Position numbers and translations under genes: made by a program
In this document: in pieces, positions 28,603-40,067 of the stretch
How positions within the stretch are numbered: position 1 is the stretch's first letter
Layout: each line of letters begins with the position of its first letter
Assembly: GCA_051294375.1 (NCBI GenBank)
Contig: CM119265.1
Coordinates: 12,698,582-12,762,581 of the forward strand
Direction: 5' to 3'
Length of the DNA stretch: 64,000 nt
Source: Paraspadella gotoi
Lineage: Eukaryota > Animalia > Chaetognatha
The notes under the pieces: generated by a model
Databases searched by the model: none
What the model was told of the DNA's origin: nothing
What the model saw: the letters and a program-made list of their open reading frames with translations, nothing else

Positions 28603-29554
28603 CTCGGCTATCTCGAGGGACGAGTCTTCTAGAAATCCCTTGGACTTGCACCCTAGATATAGGCCTCCTGCCATATGCTTCTATCTCGATAGATAAAAAA
28701 ATAAGCGCAAGGGATGTATATATTCCGGTTTGACCTCAGCCGTCGTTCAAAGGGGACGCCAGATTTTTTCGCAATCTTTTATTAAATGAGGGTGTAAATC
28801 GTACAAGGAATTGAACCGTATGAATTTTGATTTGATGTAAGTTTAATTGACTGAATACTGCTTCCTAACTTTGAATACACTTAAAACCCTCATCTTGACA
28901 TCCACCCCTGCCCAATTCTAAAGCCCTCATCTTGGACATAACCTTTGCAGAAGCCTCCTCCATCTTCAACGAAAAACCTCGTCCGTCTGGGTCTTGCGTT
29001 TTCGTTGTTGTCGTCGTTGTAGTCGTCGTTGTCGTCTTCGTCTTCTTTCCCCCGGAAATTGAGATTCTGGATCAAAATATGAAGAAAGAAAAAAAAAGAA
29101 GCCTTGAGAAAATGGTGAGAGGACGGCTTGGATTCGAACCCTTGACCTCGGAGAGACGAATGACTTTAGAACCCAAGTGTATCGGGAATCAATGGCGGAA
29201 GATGAGAAAACGAAAAACCAATCATCGAAAAGAAAAAAGAAAAAAAAGATTGGAAAGACGGTTTCGCGACGAAAACCTTTCGCCCGCGAATCATCAAGAT
29301 TCCATCGAGCTTTTCCAGTCTGAATCCTTGTTTCTTGCTTAAATAGAGATATTTTAATCGTCTCGATTCATCTGCAACCGTTTTTTTTTGCCCATCTATA
29401 TCCGATCGTTTTCATCTCCAAAACATCTTCGACCAACTTCTTCCGCGTAGAAGACCGATTCGTATCCTCGTCATTGGTTTACGACGTGGGCAGGAAACTA
29501 TATTATCTCTCTCTCTCTCTCTCTCTTTTCTCTCTCTCTCTTCTCTCTCTCTCT

Positions 29555-29602
<48 letters not shown>

Positions 29603-29796
29603 CTCTCTTTCTTTCTTTTTGCTCTTTTTTTCTACGAGCGGCAGGGAGAGACGTGCTTCAACCATCCACTCTCCTAAATCATCATTTCGAACGACTTCAT
29701 TTATTTTCTTTATTTTTTTCGCAAGGAAGGCGTGATTCGACAGGAAAGTAGGAAGAGGGAGAGAAGAAGAGAAGAGAGAGAGAGAAGAGAAGAGAG

Positions 29797-29837
<41 letters not shown>

Positions 29838-32800
29838 ATATAATTAAATAATTATGTCTTTCGTCCTTCTGTTTTCTGATTACAAGCACAATTCCGCAAT
29901 CCGGAATTTGTTTGCTTCCTCCCAAAAACGTTGCTCCTTTTTTTTCAATCCTTCTTTTAATCCTTTTGACCGAAAATTCAATGATAATGTTAACAAAGTT
30001 CTTCCTTCTGCCAACGAAAAAATGAAAAAAACCGAAAAAAAAAGACGTCAGAGCCTGGTACGAAACGGCCATAAAAAGAAGCTTTTTCTCTTTCTTCTTT
30101 TCAATGAAACCAGTTATTAAGATCAAATGTCAACATTCCTTGACTACAGTTTAAAAGCCGCAGGGACGAAGAATGGGGACCGAAGGGAAAGAAGCAAGGG
30201 GAACCAAAGAGGGGAATTGATGGTAAAAGCGCGCGGGACAAAAATGGGGGGAAAGGGGCGGGTAAAAATTTGGTAAGGAAATTATGCTAGAAAAGAAAGG
30301 GAGGGAAGACCGTTTTACAAAGTCGAAAAAAAAGGGGGTGAACCAAATTTGTCATTTTCGTACAGGTAAAAGATAGAGGGGGGGATGAAGATAGAGAAGA
30401 CAGAGAGAGTCGTTCCTCCCAAAAGTCTGGAACAAAGGGAATTTTATGCCTCTCATTCGTTTTTATCTCATGCTTAAAAAATAAATAGGAGAAGGAAGGA
30501 AAGTGAGGAAAGAAAGAAATGAAGAAATTAGAAGGAGATACTCGGAAAAGAGAAACAAAAGTTTAGATTGGATGGGAAAAAGGGGAAAATAAAAGAGAGA
30601 AAGAAATAATGAAGGAAAGATATAAATGTAAGGGATCCAAGAAAACCAAGCGTTTTATGATGGAAAAGCAAAAGGAAGAAAAAATTAGGAAAGTTAAACG
30701 ATTAAAATGAAACAAGAAAGAATATAAGAAAGAAAAAAAAAGAAAAAAGTAATGAAAAAAGAAAGATACAAAAAAAAGAAAAGGCAAAAATGAAACAAAT
30801 TTCGAGAAAAAGAAAACAGAAAGAGAGAAGGAAAGGGGAAAGAAGGAAAGAATCCTGGAATTGGTCCCCCTGTATTAATTCTTGTAAAAAGAGGCAGCGA
30901 CTAAAAGCTCCGCGTTCAAGCGAGGAATATAAAAAATTCAGGGGAAGGAGGGAAAAGAAAAAAAAAGAGAAACGCGATAATTTGGTTTTGATAACAAATT
31001 CGCAAATTCTTGGAGGCGCCATTAGTTTTCTCCGCATCGAATTTCCGAGTTTCCAATTTCCACAAGAACCTCAAATTAGGAAGCAACGGCAGACGCTGAA
31101 AAGTTTTCGCGGGGAAAAGATTAAATCGAGAAAACACTTCCAGTGCCGTTGTGAAATGAATTGAGCGATAATTGTAAAATTAACCCTACTGTAAAGGGGT
31201 TCAAAATTTGAAAGTTATCTAGATATTTTTTTGGGGGGTTTAAAAATCAAGGATCTCTTCGCTCTTGGTTGAATTAAAACGTGCCGAGTTCAGCTTTAAC
31301 CGAAACTCAGTGTTTCCACCTTACATACTATCCTGTTTTAAAAGAAAGAAGAGGGAGAGAGAGTGAGAGAGAGAGAGAGAGAGAAAAGAAAGGAGACCCT
31401 GAATAAATTGAACAATGAATATGGAAAATTCAGGGTGCGCCTTAGCTCCACCTCAAGAACCTTTTCAAAAAAAGTGAACCTTCGACGAAAAACTGATACC
31501 TTTGACTCTCGAGGAAGGAAATCGAGTTTCGGAAAAGAAAAAAAGAAGTTTTAAAAATTAAAGAATAAATATTTAACTTTGAAATAAAGAAAAGAAAATT
31601 GTGAAGAAGGAGAATAAGTAAAATAAAAAGGCCTAGAAATAATTACTTTAGGTTTTTTGACGTTAAGTTGAACGGCCAAGCAGCTACAATTGAAAGGTAA
31701 GCGATGAAGACAACATCCACTCAACAGTGAAAAGAGATTGATAGAAGAACCTCCAGACGATCATCAGGGTTTTGTCATAACCTTGGTGAAAGATGATGAA
31801 TATTGGAAATAAAGAAGAGCCTCTTCCGTGAGATTAATGGAGAACGGTACGCACGTTTTCCAAGAAGATCCAACTCGTCCTTTGGTTAAGATATAATTAA
31901 AATTCACAACCATTCTAAGAAAGGCATAATACTAATAATAATAGAATAGTATTCAACTTTCTAAAGCAAAGACGAGTTGATTAATGCGGTTATTAGACGA
32001 ATTAGACGGAACGCGAAGTGAAATATTTTTTTTGTCACATGAATTCTTTCGATTTTGACCGTTCGAGCTGTGTGAACCCTTTAGGCTCTGAAAAAAAAAA
32101 CTTTCGGTTTACTGTTGATATAATAATCAAAGTAACTTTTTCTTTTATTTCATATTAATTAATAGCCTTTGTATATTTATTTTTCTAACCAGTGTGGTAT
32201 AAGTAAAAAAATATAAACTAATATAGTGTAAACAGTAATATGGCAATTTTCATAATAATCTAGCAAGGTTGCAGTTATCAATATTTTGTAAATATTTGGA
32301 TAATTTGTATTAGAAATTTGTAATTTGTATTAGAATCTGTAATAGAAATTACAAGAAAAATTTGGTAACATATTGAACTAGTAATTCCCCTTTTTTAACT
32401 ATTTGACTAATGTCCCTAACTAGGTAAAAAGGCAAATATGATTTGTAAAAAAAAATTTCATAATTGTTCGCGGAATTGGTTAAATGTTCTAAATTTTCCT
32501 AACAAAGCCCATGTCATGGCACTATACCATATTCACTGCAGCATCGGTAATGCTCATACAAGTGCCGATTTTTAAAAAAGTTAAAAAGTTCTATTTTTAA
32601 TTCCACTGAAACTCTCCACTTTCTTGAAGATTAAATTTTTTAAATCCTAACAAACTGACCCGTTTAAAAACTTTTTTTATTTCTACAAATCATTAATTCC
32701 AGCAAAATTTTTTTTTTCATTTTTGCGAAGAATTCATTTCTTCCTTCAGCGAAAAAACCCAAATATTTAGTAGTTCCCTTTTCGCCTCCTGCCACCGCGT

Positions 32801-33300
32801 TTCCATTTTTGGCAGAGAAAGATTTTTTTTCCTTCTTCTCCCTTTTTTGGTCGTGAAATCGGTTTTCCCTTTGAATGAAAATCGTTGTTCTCCCTCTTGA
32901 CCGCAAATCGTTTTTCCTCCCTTTTGACTCGTTGCCAACTGGAGCTCGAATCTGAAATCTCGATTCGTATACATCAGCGCAAAAAATCGTTCGTCACAAT
33001 TTGAAAGTTGGCGCGGAGGGACGAGAGAGACGACTATGGCGACGACGACAGAAAAAAAAATACACAGAAACTGGGAAAGAAAAGTTAGAGATGAAGATAT
33101 AACATCAAAGACGATGAGATGAAAGACGACGATAAACCTAAGTCCTACTCAGTGAGTAGGGAGCTCCTAGGCCTAGTAGAAGTCAATAAGAGAGAAAACT
33201 GATATAAGAACAACATTAAAAACACTGATGATCCCGATTACATAAGATATAAAAATTAGGTAAACGGAAGCGTAAAATGATGATGTCAAAGTAAAAGATG

Positions 33301-34279
33301 TCCCAAAATGAAGTTACTCATAAACCAAAAAAATTGAAAAACGCTCGAAATTATTAAAAAAACCAAATCAAATAAGACAATTTAAAACAATTTTGAAAAT
33401 TCAATTGAATTCAAAAAATGATTTATTGTACGTAGTATTGCGCAATTTTTGCTGTTTTCTTTTTCTATCGAATCATAATGTATATTAATTATTATTAATA
33501 ATATTCTCTGCTTTATTCTTCCCTCCAAATTCCTTTACTCCAATTATTTTACTTTCCGCCCTTGTCCTTCAATACTTCCCCTCCTCTTAAAGTTAAATGC
33601 ATGAACGCGGACGAATATGGAATTCAATCGAGCGAATGAGCGAAAAAGTAGAAAGAAACCCTCTTCNNNNNNNNNNNNNNNNNNNNNNNNNAAAAAAAGA
33701 TGGAATGAATAACTATGGATAAACTATGAGCAGTTGTGCACAAAATGAGTTGGCCCGGTGTTCAACCGAAAATGGCATTTCCAAATGAAGCGCGTGTCCA
33801 GATGTCAACAACTCGAAATGCTTCGGTCAATGACAGCCGCGCAATTGGTGCGCCCCCACTGCCTCAACCCCAAATATTCCGCCGCGAAACTTACCGCTGG
33901 CTCCTGCTCGACGAGATGTAAGTCATGGAGAGGTTAGCTGCGCACGTTCTGCAGCGTCCACGTGATGTTGCGCTTGGGGAGTTGGAGGTTGAGAAGACGT
34001 CGCACGTGACCTTGTAGCGGAGCGATCTCGTAGAAAGCTCTTCATCGCAGGGACACGTGACTTGGGGGCCGAAGTGGACGTCGACGGTGATCGTAGCCGC
34101 ACTGGGCCAGGCTTGAAGGGGCGTGGGAGATAGGGTGTGGTAAAAGGATATGTATATTAATTAGATGAATTAATCAAAGCTTACGGATCCCAAAATGTGT
34201 TACTCATAAACCAAAAAATTGAAAAACGCTCGAAATTAAAAAAAACCAAATCAAATAAGACAATTTAAAAACAATTTGA
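33301..34279. repeat. ~95-bp direct repeat pair (33301-33395 and 34188-34279) flanking an Ig exon
   Basis: tcccaaaatg..gttactcataaaccaaaaaattgaaaaacgctcgaaatt...aaccaaatcaaataagacaatttaaaa occurs at both sites. Confidence 0.85.
33895..34111 (-). CDS. IgSF gene exon: end of Ig2 and first half of Ig3 (apparent indel errors)
   Basis: ttcaag acceptor and gtaagt donor. Reads AWPSAATITVDVHFGPQVTCPCDEELSTRSLRYKVTCDVFS, then after a frameshift NLQLPKRNITWTLQN, ending HDLHLVEQEPA. Phase 1 matches the previous exon. Confidence 0.8.
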
Positions 34280-34658
34280 TCTCTCTCTTTTCTTCCCCGC
34301 GACGTCAGTGGTTTCATTCTTTTTGGCCACGAATAACGCCCAGCGACGTTCCACGGGAGACATCGAAAAAACAAAAGAGCGTCCCCAACGGGCGGAAAAG
34401 AGGGCGGGGGATCGTAATATAAAACGTCGTTAATGAACAATGGGTGAGGGACCGAGGGTTAATCGAAACTCGGTGATCACCGAAATGATTAGCCCTGTGA
34501 GGATCATTGTGGTTCGCCTGTTAGATGTGGAATCGAATCAAAAGGAAGACTCCATCAGGAAAATCATACAAATTTAATTTTTAATTACTGTAGTTTCAGA
34601 ATTATATAATAAATTTTAGGTTTCTATCCGTAAATAATACTAAACTTTCGAAAAGGGG

Positions 34659-34779
34659 AAAAGGGAAGATTGCATGGGTGGTGACAATGTGGGATTCGAA
34701 CCCACTACCTTGCGGCAACCAGGGGCAAGCATTAACGGAGCTTTGTTTGAACGAAGTAACCACGCCACTGGGCTTCCCC
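34659..34779 (-). ncRNA. Vault-RNA-like Pol III gene, copy 1 (121 nt)
   Basis: GGGGAAGCCCAGTGGCGTGGTTACTTCG...GGGTTCGAATCCCAC...CACCACCCATGCAATCTTCCC-TTTT: A-box-like element, vault-type GGTTACTTCG, B box, pairing 5'/3' ends, and a T4 terminator with no internal T4. Confidence 0.65.
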
Positions 34780-34789
34780 GCACGAAAGC

Positions 34790-34822
34790 CGAGCAAAAAT
34801 CGAAGTAGTTTCAGAGAGAATC
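34790..34822 (-). promoter_or_regulatory. Upstream element shared by both vault-like genes (second copy at ~35306-35336)
   Basis: Plus-strand gagcaaaaatcgaagtagtttcagagagaat versus gtgtaaaactcgactatattcagacagatt, at the same distance (about -12 to -45) from each 5' end. Confidence 0.4.
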
Positions 34823-35170
34823 CAGTTTGACTCGTCATTCCTTGAGATTTATACGACTTAATCAGCTCAAATAAAGATAAAGAAATAAATGAAGCTGTGA
34901 TAAAGAAGTTAGTCAGAACAGCGTTTGTTAACTTTGGATTAATGATCAGAGGATACTAAATATTGACCCATGAAACTCCGAAATTTTTTTTGTAACAATC
35001 GTTGCCGTTTTTTTTAATTTTTAAACTCACCTCAGCTCTTTTATTTCAGAAAAAAAAATCTTTTATGATCAAAATACATATAAGTTGAGTCTTTAATCCG
35101 CAAAAAAAAAATTAAAGTCAAGTCAAGATATTTCTAAATAGAAAATCAATAAATTACTACGCTGAATTGC

Positions 35171-35295
35171 AAAAGGGAAGTTTGCGTGGGTGGTTGCAGT
35201 GTGGGATTCGAACCCCTTACCTTCGAAAGGTAAGCCAGAAGAAGTTTTGAAGGAACTTTAAATTGAACGAAGTAACCACGCCACTTGGCCTCCCC
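35171..35295 (-). ncRNA. Vault-RNA-like Pol III gene, copy 2 (125 nt)
   Basis: GGGGAGGCCAAGTGGCGTGGTTACTTCG...GGGTTCGAATCCCAC...AACCACCCACGCAAACTTCCC-TTTT: same conserved ends as copy 1 with a divergent central region. Confidence 0.65.
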
Positions 35296-35864
35296 GAAGG
35301 TCTTCGTGTAAAACTCGACTATATTCAGACAGATTTCGAAAGCCGGGGAGATTTCCAGGGAGTTTTTGAGATCGCCTAAAATACTAGCAGGCGAAAATTT
35401 ATAATCTTTTAGGCTTTAATAGACGAATACAAAATTCATAGCGTAAGCCTGGTTGCAAAAAAAAAAAAGACAACAAATGAACACAGGCTTAATACATTCG
35501 TAAAAGAGCAAAATTTATTGGTAATCGTTATTCAAACATTTCAATATTAAAAAAAGATTAAAAATCATAAAAAAAAAAAATTTCTACCTTCCCTAACGAC
35601 CCAATTTTTCCCCCATCCTCATCTTTTCGTAATTTATAACCTTTCCCACGTTAAATCTGCCTTTGATATTGAAATAACGATTTTCAAACTGTAACCAAAC
35701 GAGATCCTCATCCATTTTTTTCGGGTGGAGAGAGAAAAGGGGGTGGCGCATTTTTGAGAGAAAATCCGATTTCTTCGATTAACTTTAACGGTTCTCCTTA
35801 AAATGCCAGCTACTAATCTGAAATTTATGCTCCTGGGAAGCATTAAAAGAAAAAAACGCTCCTC

Positions 35865-35902
<38 letters not shown>

Positions 35903-37189
35903 CTCTTTTTTCTTTCTCTCTCTCTCTCTTCTCTCTCTTCTTTTCTCAGACATTACAATGAAGAAGAAAAAAAATTCCATAGGCTAGTTAGTAGTGGATA
36001 AAATGCAAATTTCCATCGATCACAAAAAAAAAGAAAAAAAAGAAATTTCCGGAAAAAAATAACTATTAGCATGAATCTCGTGGTGGCGTCGAATCATTTA
36101 TCTGTGGAAAGTCCTTGCTGAGGGGAGGAATAAACGGGTGGGGGGTAGCTTGCAATAAGGGGGTAGCGTAGCAAAAGGGACGGTGAATCCGCGGCGCTGA
36201 ATGGGGGGGCCAGTGGGGGACGCTTTAGCAGGAAAGATCGAAAAGATGAAAAGAGAAATAAATCAGCATCGGAAATGTGGGACTTTGCCGCATAAATCAG
36301 GCAGATATTGGGTATCGCTGGCGAAGACCGAAGAAACAACGAGACTGCGAAGACGAAAATATTTTATTTTCTTTTATTCTCGCTCCCCATCCCTTCAGCC
36401 CCCCCTCGTTTTCTTTCGTCTTTTTGGTTCTTGGTAGAGTTTGATCACCAGCAGTTGCAGCAAGATTGTCAAATTACAATTTTTTAGACTTGCGTGCCAC
36501 ATACTGTGAAATGACTTGATTTTCCATAGTCGTCGATGTGATATAACAAATATTTGGGCTCATATTTTATGTTTCAACGCAGCAAAACGTTTTCCGGGCA
36601 AAATGCGGCGATTGTCTGGGATCGGATAAATTTGACATTACAAAATCCCATCTAAAAACTGCGGAGCGATGCAGCTATTTTTTACTCTTTTGTATTTTTC
36701 GACGCCTTTTTATTACTTAACAATCTCAACTGTCTCCTATCAGCTAAAAAATGTTCGAATCCACTTTTGACGCATTGAGCTCAGCTGCCGACTCCTTTTG
36801 TTTGTGTCAACAACTTCCACCAGCGTCGCTGGCGTCGAGAAAGAATAAAAACATTGTAAAATTCACGACGAGGACATAAATTCTAGCGGCGAAGTCGCGA
36901 CGACGATGCAAACAAAACAAAGGAATAACTCTCCGCTTTACTCTTTCCCTTTTTAATTTCCAATTTCTCACCGCTTTTCATCTTTTTTGGGGCATTTTTT
37001 GACAACAGGAAAACGAGAAGAAAAAGTGAGGCTAAAAAGGAAAAGAAAAGTAATAAGGAAAGGGAAAAAACGGGGAGTCCGGAGTGGATCCCGCGGGAGG
37101 CTGGAAAAGTCTCTCCCAGACAATTCCGTAATGATTCCAGGACATTTCCTCAAAAATGATGAATGGGAAACAGAAAGACCGAAGCCGTT

Positions 37190-37232
<43 letters not shown>

Positions 37233-38205
37233 TTTTTTTCTTTCTTCTTTCCCAACTTTGAAATCTTCATGAATGACTTTGCACTGTTTGTATTTATTTG
37301 TTTATTTATTTTTATTTATTTTTTATTTGTTTTCTATTTTTCGTAACAATTTTTTTAAATTAAAAAACTGCCTCAATTCTACGTCGCGGTATTTGTTCTT
37401 TACTTTACTTATCTTTTCCTCTTCGGTCCTACTTTTCATGTTTTTAATTATAGCCCCCGAAGAATCTCTCTCTCTCTCTCTCTCTCTCTCTGGCGTCGTA
37501 ATTCTTCTTCTGCTTCTATTCCTCCTTTTTCCCCATTTAATCATATTTTCCCTCCTGAAATGAAGTAATTTCGAAAGACAAAAAACTCCGTGACATGATT
37601 TAGATCCGAAGGGAGAAAAGAAAAGAAGGGAAGGAAGGAAAGATAAATACAACAGTCTCTTTTCTCTTTTTCCTTCTTTTTTTTAATTTCTCGGTTTCTT
37701 TTTTTCTTCGCCATGAAATACAACTCGAAAATGGCGTAACAGTTTTTTCTCGAAAACTTTTCCCCATATTTTTTTTTCATCTCTGCTCCATTATCGTTGT
37801 GAAGACGAGCAGTTAATTATCCTTTAAACGGAAAAAGAAGCATTAGCGTTTTTTTTTTACTTGTTTTTTGCTCTTTTCATTTTTATTTTAAATTTTTTTT
37901 AGCTTATTAGGAACTTAGGAAGCATTGTGAAGTCAATTTGACTTTTAGACTGTTCTAAATACTATTTTCGGTTTTCAACAACTACGTAATTCATACACCA
38001 AATATATCACGAAAAATGAAAATGAAAATAAAACAATAAACCCCTTTAATCAGACTTAATAAATTCCTATAGTATATTATTGTTGAATGATTGATTTTTT
38101 TTTAAAAACTTGACAAAAATGCTCACTTACGAGGAATATACCACAGTGTATTTTTAATAGTTGTGACAAGGCTAATATTAAGGTCCTTAATGATCCACTA
38201 CTTAC

Positions 38206-38382
38206 CCGAAGACGCATTGTAGCTGTCTTGGAGCGAGGCCAAGCAGTAGAGCGGCCTGTTTTGGTCGGCGCGACCGAGGGTGAGGGCTGCCTTGGAGATG
38301 GTGGTGTTGGCAACGTGGGTCACGTCAGTGTTGATGGAGATTCCGTCGAAAAACCAAAACAGTTGGGGCTTGTCCGATGTTC
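38206..38382 (-). CDS. IgSF gene exon: core of Ig2 (C2/CD80-like)
   Basis: ttcaag acceptor and gtaagt donor; 177 bp, phase 1-1. Encodes GTSDKPQLFWFFDGISINTDVTHVANTTISKAALTLGRADQNRPLYCLASLQDSYNASS, with the Ig Trp and second Cys. Confidence 0.9.
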
Positions 38383-38433
38383 CTTGAATTGGGGGTCGGA
38401 GACGATGGGACAGTGGANNNNNNNNNNNNNNNN

Positions 38434-38940
38434 GAGAGAGAGAGAGAGAGAGAGAGACGCAGATTCTTACTTCAATGGTCACCAGTGAAGAGCAAAGGGG
38501 AAATTAAATCGAAGGATTGATTTTGTTCGACTCACAAATCTAACCATTGAGATTTGTGAGTCAGAGAGAGAGAGAAGATTTGCTGTCAGAGAGGAGAGAG
38601 ATAGAGAGAGAGAGTAGAGAGAGGAGAGAGAGATGAACGCCGAATTTTTACTTGCAATGTGGTCACCAGTAAAGTGCTAAGCAGCAATGCGGGGAAATTT
38701 AAATCGAAGATTATATTTTTTCGACTCACAGAATCTTAACCCAGTTTTGAGATTGTGTCAGTAGAGAGAAGAGAGAGAAAGATTGTGTCAGAGAGAGAGA
38801 TGAAGTAGAGGGAGTAGAAGAGAGAGAGAGAGAGACGTCCGATTCTTACTTCAATTGGTCACCAGTGAAGAGCACTGGGGAAATTAAATTCGAGGGATTA
38901 ATTTTTGTTCGACTCACAAATCTAACCCAGTTGAGATTGT

Positions 38941-38980
<40 letters not shown>
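38434..38980. repeat. Three tandem ~180-200-bp units separated by (AG)n
   Basis: gattcttacttcaatggtcaccagtgaagagc...ggaaattaaatcgaaggatt...ttcgactcacaaatctaacc...gagattgtgtcagagag occurs at ~38460, ~38640 and ~38840, differing mostly by single-base indels. Confidence 0.85.
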
Positions 38981-38985
<5 letters not shown>

Positions 38986-39910
38986 TGTAAAGAATAATGA
39001 AAAGAATCAGAGGAGATCGTAAATCTTTTCGACACGAGGCGCACTTCCGGTTAAATAATGAGGAACGAGATGAAGGAAAAGAAAAAGGAGGAAAAAGAAA
39101 AGAAAATGAAAAAAAAAAGAAATATTGAGAAAAAAAGAAAAAGAAAAGAAAAAAGAGGGTGCGAGCGGAGAAAGTCGAAGAAAATAAATAAAGGTTTTTA
39201 AAAAGGAAGAAAAGAAAAAAAACTAGCGGAGAATAAAATGAAAAGATGGAAAAATGAAAAGGAAAAAAAATGTATATACGACAGGGAAAGCGTGAAAAGT
39301 CGGAAAGCGAAAGAGGCTTTGAAAAATAAATTGTTGGCAATGAGAGATGGAAAATGCTTCACGAAACAGTAGGCGACCAATACGCCCAACAGAGATTTAA
39401 AAGTACAATGAACTAAACTGAACGCGAGTACTGGATCCATTTCTCGTTTTAAGGGCCAACGAAAAAAAAATTTTGACTGTGTAATTGTGACTTGGGTCTC
39501 GAAAAAAAAACAAGTACCTCGGATACAAAATAACAAGAAAAGCTCTCTTCGACTCATTTTCTTTACATCAAAAAGGAATACCACACTTCTGATTTCTGAT
39601 CCCATCCAACGAAAAGGAAAGAAAAAATAATTCAAAGAAGATAGAGTTTCAATCTTTTAGAAAATTTGCGGCGAAAGCGGAAACATCTGCCGATATCAGT
39701 CAAAAAAAAGAAAAAGAAATCTTTGCTAAAAACTTGCCGATAAATTGTTCTGCGTTTGGAAAGACAAAACTGATATTTATAGAAACAAGACAAAGCAATG
39801 ATTTGGTTTCACTTGGATAATTTATAAAAAAAATAATTGCTTCCTCTTAGAAGATAATTTAGAAGTCAAATTAATTATACCCGAGCCCGAACATAGAAGT
39901 TGGAACTTAC

Positions 39911-40067
39911 CTTCAGTCCTGACTTCGCAGCTGAACCACTGGAGGATCCCCTCCCGGATGTGGGGCGGTTGAGGGTGACATCTCGGCGGAGACATCACAA
40001 CGAGCGTCGCGATCATCGGTGACTTCGTGATGCATTTGTAGGAACCAGAGTCGGAGAAACTCACGTT
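39911..40067 (-). CDS. IgSF gene exon: end of Ig1 (V-type) and start of Ig2
   Basis: ttttcacag acceptor and gtaagt donor; 157 bp, phase 0-1. Encodes NVSFSDSGSYKCITKSPMIATLVVMSPPRCHPQPPHIREGILQWFSCEVRTE, with the canonical DSGxYxC motif. Confidence 0.93.

Noticed and set aside
29112-29150. Isolated B-box/tRNA-like 3' piece (minus strand GGTCAAGGGTTCGAATCCAAGCC...CACCA); a similar motif lies at ~64-90
   Set aside because: No A box, no GGTTACTTCG block and no pairing 5' end; at most a SINE remnant.
33895-34111. IgSF gene as a pseudogene because of frameshifts
   Set aside because: The window shows abundant uncorrected indel errors (compare the palindrome arms and TIR pairs), and the other exons are intact with matching phases.
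34659-35295. Canonical tRNA genes
   Set aside because: A T-arm/B box is present, but there is no cloverleaf with D and anticodon arms. The 3' segment after the T-arm is ~25 nt and pairs as a long panhandle.
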